Assembly: GCA_977020255.1 (NCBI GenBank)
Contig: CDROCS010005550.1
Span: 372,001 to 436,000 of the forward strand
Length of the DNA: 64,000 nucleotides
Reading direction: 5' to 3'
Origin: Obrimoposthia wandeli
Lineage: Eukaryota
Shown: piece after piece, positions 62,401 to 64,000 of the stretch
How the letters are laid out: the number at the start of each line of letters is the position of its first letter
Position numbering within the stretch: position 1 is the stretch's first letter
Translations under genes and position numbers: made by a program
Notes under the pieces: model-generated
Database searches by the model: none
Told to the model about the DNA's origin: nothing
What the model saw: only the letters and a program-made list of their open reading frames with translations

Positions 62401-63667
62401 TACAATTTGTTATCTGACTAAACTGTTAACTTAAATAATTAATACTTTTATATAAAAGTGATGATCTTAGAACCGATATCCCTTATTAGGGGATGTGGCT
62501 CTTCTGGTGCAAACGTCCCGCATCTAACGTCGATGTTCGCAAGACGCAAGATTTTTCCTAGTACATCATTTTTCAGGGATATTCTCCTGAGTACGTTTGT
62601 TTTTAAGACATCTGGTTGACGTTTGACAGTTAAGTCTCTTTGTTCTACTATATTATGACTCTTTATGACGGACGATGACTCACCATCCATTGAATGTCAT
62701 GTTAAGTGCGTTGACAGGCGTTGGCATGTGGTTTTAAGGTGGTCCCGTTATCATTGACTTTCAAGAGTTCAAAACATTCAAACATTTTGTTTGTCTACTT
62801 TTTAAAAGGTCTATTCATAATAAAAACTATATTTGAATAATATTTTATTTTTATTTAACTAATAATACAGGTGCAATTTGGATTATGAATTTATTAATGG
62901 AATCTACCCAATAAGGGAGAAGAATTTAGGTGTTTCGGAAGTGAAATTAATTTAGTTGTTTCAGAAGTGGAATTGTTTTATGGAAGTTTGGTCTGATATT
63001 TAGAAGGAATTGTGTGAGAATATGTGTTAGGGCAAGATTAAGGTTACATGATTAGAGTTATTATATTCTTGATACAATTAGACTGATTTCTTGGCACCAT
63101 TTAGGTTCCCTAGATATGAAATCGGGTAGATATTTATACATAATTGTGCAATTAAAGTATTTTCTAGTATGATATTTTTTATTTTCCATTACACATTTAT
63201 TATATTTTTCTGAGTTTAAATAAAATTATTCATCTAGAAGGTTAAGTTAAACAATTTAATCAAGATTATCTGATTAATTGGATTACGCTTTGCAGCAATA
63301 ATACTATTATTTTTTTCACTATTGGGATACAAGAAAAATAATGGACAGAAATTCAGAATCTAACCGGAGTTGCGTTTTAGGATTTCGATTATTTTTGTAG
63401 AACGTCAATACTAGAAAACAAATCAAATACATGCTTTCACTCACCTACCGCCATTCCTCGCCCAGACAAGCCGGTGCCAAAGGATCTCGACTCAGCGGGG
63501 CTGGGTGGGGAGGATGCGTCATCAGCCTTGTGCCCACCGCCAGCGTAGATAAATTCCGCCACCAAGTCGGTGACCTTTTCTACCACACGGACAACCCAGA
63601 CTCGATACTCGACCGCATGTTCGTCACATCCCCATCTGGAGGCGCCTCGTTCTTTAGCCTATCATAA
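29330..63667 (+). CDS. GALK2: N-acetylgalactosamine kinase / galactokinase 2 (GHMP kinase), complete, 9 exons: 29330-29456, 29496-29619, 38018-38132, 40116-40250, 43721-43819, 45125-45283, 57765-57978, 61878-62079, 63466-63667
   Basis: [17 protein letters not shown] (galactokinase signature), [11 protein letters not shown] (GHMP ATP loop), [33 protein letters not shown] and [16 protein letters not shown] and GWGG point to GALK2 rather than GALK1. All phases join; ends in TAA. Confidence 0.95.
29496..29619 (+). CDS. GALK2: GALK2 exon 2: GEHIDYCGY...NTDSHY
   Basis: Follows a 39-nt intron (29457-29495); aacag| and |gtaatt. Confidence 0.93.
29850..31830 (-). mobile_element. Heavily decayed LTR retrotransposon (Ty3/gypsy-like) internal region
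   Basis: On the minus strand, VDIFIGRP (retropepsin ILGRP-like, ~31400) lies upstream of integrase-like traces (KQ..LQKP, KSDND, ~30350-29900), the gypsy gene order. A ~50-bp piece is shared with 19520-19565 (+). Confidence 0.45.
31840..32210 (+). mobile_element. Chapaev3-like (CMC) transposase C-terminal fragment
   Basis: YSHLEFL...[28 protein letters not shown] matches HSHLDFFP..SDEHGERFHQDI..ME.RY.GKW; a CACTGGTCAATAAA TIR-like motif lies near 32727. Confidence 0.6.
35205..36050 (-). mobile_element. Ty3/gypsy 3' end: integrase core and GPY tail, polypurine tract, ~160-bp LTR candidate
   Basis: Minus strand [15 protein letters not shown] (integrase first Asp), then NVLIKKD...QYEGQYRI (GPY/F-like), then AAAGGGAGTAG (35378-35368), then TGTAA at 35364 to TTACA at 35205. 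Confidence 0.7.
37500..37800. mobile_element. Non-autonomous hAT-like element with GGAGTC subterminal motifs
   Basis: cagggtcgtggagtcgtaagtcggagt at the left and ctactcagactcc at the right; right terminus eroded. Confidence 0.35.
38018..38132 (+). CDS. GALK2: GALK2 exon 3: ...[15 protein letters not shown]...KGQ
   Basis: W..YFLCG motif; ttcag| and |gtaagt. Confidence 0.93.
38287..38834. mobile_element. Non-autonomous DNA element with ~70-bp imperfect inverted arms
   Basis: gatatttcaccgacggacattaggccgaatggacag...catttcacagaat (38305-38365) is the reverse complement of attcggtgaaatg...gtctaatgtccgtcagtgaaatatc (38768-38832). The interior minus strand has a [14 protein letters not shown]-like trace. 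Confidence 0.65.
39330..39830 (+). mobile_element. Decayed Tc1-like transposase (DD37E-like motifs)
   Basis: [23 protein letters not shown] and [20 protein letters not shown]. Confidence 0.5.
40116..40250 (+). CDS. GALK2: GALK2 exon 4: ...[20 protein letters not shown]...
   Basis: GHMP motif II; ttctag| and |gttagt; 45 codons. Confidence 0.93.
41035..41056 (-). mobile_element. Possible Helitron 3' terminus
   Basis: Minus strand reads cgtggcaaagtccggaCTAGT: a short GC-rich segment before CTAG|T. Confidence 0.25.
42432..42480. repeat. Imperfect (TG)n microsatellite
   Basis: tgttgtgtttgtgtgtttgtgtgtgtgtgtgcgtatgtgtgtg. Confidence 0.8.
42560..43130 (-). mobile_element. Decayed gypsy-like pol fragment; its 42600-42780 part is homologous to 590-775 (+)
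   Basis: LTGF...IDG...FEWAE (RT tail), [14 protein letters not shown] (I.Y.PG..AD.LSR-like); clear nucleotide match catctcacatcaccagtt.tgctta...gtgcgacttcaatga...gatacaactacgctccaaat with 590-775. Confidence 0.5.
43721..43819 (+). CDS. GALK2: GALK2 exon 5: [33 protein letters not shown]
   Basis: GGGMDQ motif; ttcag| and |gttagt. Confidence 0.95.
45125..45283 (+). CDS. GALK2: GALK2 exon 6: AMRIDFSE...[20 protein letters not shown]
   Basis: FN.RV.E motif; ttccag| and |gtcagt. Confidence 0.94.
45311..45488. repeat. 16-bp minisatellite (caacctcgatatgaca), ~11 imperfect copies
   Basis: Direct reading; starts 28 bp after the GALK2 exon 6 donor. Confidence 0.9.
45859..57333. repeat. Large tandem array, ~798-bp unit x ~14.4, inside GALK2 intron 6
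   Basis: Homologous positions at 46994, 47790, 49385, 50183, 50980, 51773 and 54969 give a 793-799-bp period; copies differ at only a few sites each. Confidence 0.98.
57765..57978 (+). CDS. GALK2: GALK2 exon 7: MILKLSRP...ILTKNTQD
   Basis: L.DVQ..LGISL.DM...IL..NTQD matches the GALK2 helical insert; ttttag| and |gttagt. Confidence 0.9.
58700..59620 (-). mobile_element. Cluster of decayed Tc1-like transposase fragments
   Basis: IWKKYQETG...[13 protein letters not shown]..., IFSGEC, and [15 protein letters not shown]...DW..SEINIIE on the minus strand. Confidence 0.55.
61878..62079 (+). CDS. GALK2: GALK2 exon 8: ..[17 protein letters not shown]...LMNESH...YECS...LVHIC
   Basis: RA.H..SEAARV and LMN.SH motifs; gtgcag| and |gtacgt. 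Confidence 0.95.
62350..62400 (+). ncRNA. tRNA-Leu-like 5' half (truncated tRNA pseudogene or SINE head)
   Basis: GCCGAGTGGTTGATGCGGTGGACTTCAGATC resembles the D-arm and anticodon arm of eukaryotic tRNA-Leu(TAA) GCCGAGTGGTTAAGGCGTTGGACTTAAGATC; no T-arm or B box. Confidence 0.35.
63466..63667 (+). CDS. GALK2: GALK2 exon 9: [17 protein letters not shown]...[12 protein letters not shown]
   Basis: GHMP motif III; cccag| acceptor; TAA stop. Confidence 0.95.
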
Positions 63668-63783
63668 GCAGACTCCCATACATTGATGCTGACACCGGAA
63701 ATGGAAAATTATCATTTAATGACTGTTGACAAAATCTTAAATCTTGTATAAGATCTAAAAATAAGATTTTTTGAATATTTTAT

Positions 63784-63789
63784 AATAAA
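63784..63789 (+). terminator. Candidate polyadenylation signal for GALK2
   Basis: AATAAA ~115 nt after the stop, followed by a U-rich tract; weak evidence in AT-rich DNA. Confidence 0.25.
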
Positions 63790-64000
63790 AATTGACATAT
63801 ATTTTTGCCATGGCTTTTTGTAGTAGAATATAATTTGGCGGTTTTTTTAAATACATGTTTCTGATTTTTTATTTGCATTATTTTCAGTTATCGTTCATCA
63901 ATGCTGGGGTTGGAGCTTTGATAGATTTATACCTCCACTTTTGGTATGTATCACCTTCACAGGGGTCCATGGGTGACTACCACGTAGAAATTGTTAAGAA

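Overview
Very AT-rich eukaryotic (invertebrate-type metazoan) genomic DNA, not prokaryotic. Two spliced + strand genes dominate. (1) The 3' two-thirds of a CDKL-family kinase (CDKL1-like, TDY activation loop, C-terminal FPNI*): 7 exons from 2122 to 22488, with the 5' exons upstream of the window. (2) A complete 9-exon N-acetylgalactosamine kinase/galactokinase-2 gene (GALK2, 29330-63667). All exon phases join in frame at GT-AG sites under the standard code. Introns and the intergenic spacer are full of decayed transposons (Tc1/mariner, pogo, hAT, piggyBac, Chapaev-like, Ty3/gypsy). Stand-out structures: a decayed Maverick/Polinton (adintovirus-like) virion module (core-protein-like ORF, major capsid protein, adenain protease) at about 24.2-27.1 kb, interrupted by a GC-rich insert containing a 300-N gap; a near-perfect 360-bp triplication that copies the splice acceptor of the last CDKL exon; a 42-bp minisatellite; and an 11.5-kb array of about 14.4 copies of a ~798-bp unit inside GALK2 intron 6, with an internal sub-repeat and an exon-like cassette in every unit. 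I found no unambiguous new functional system. The best leads are those three structures. All family assignments come from motif recognition by eye, not database searches.
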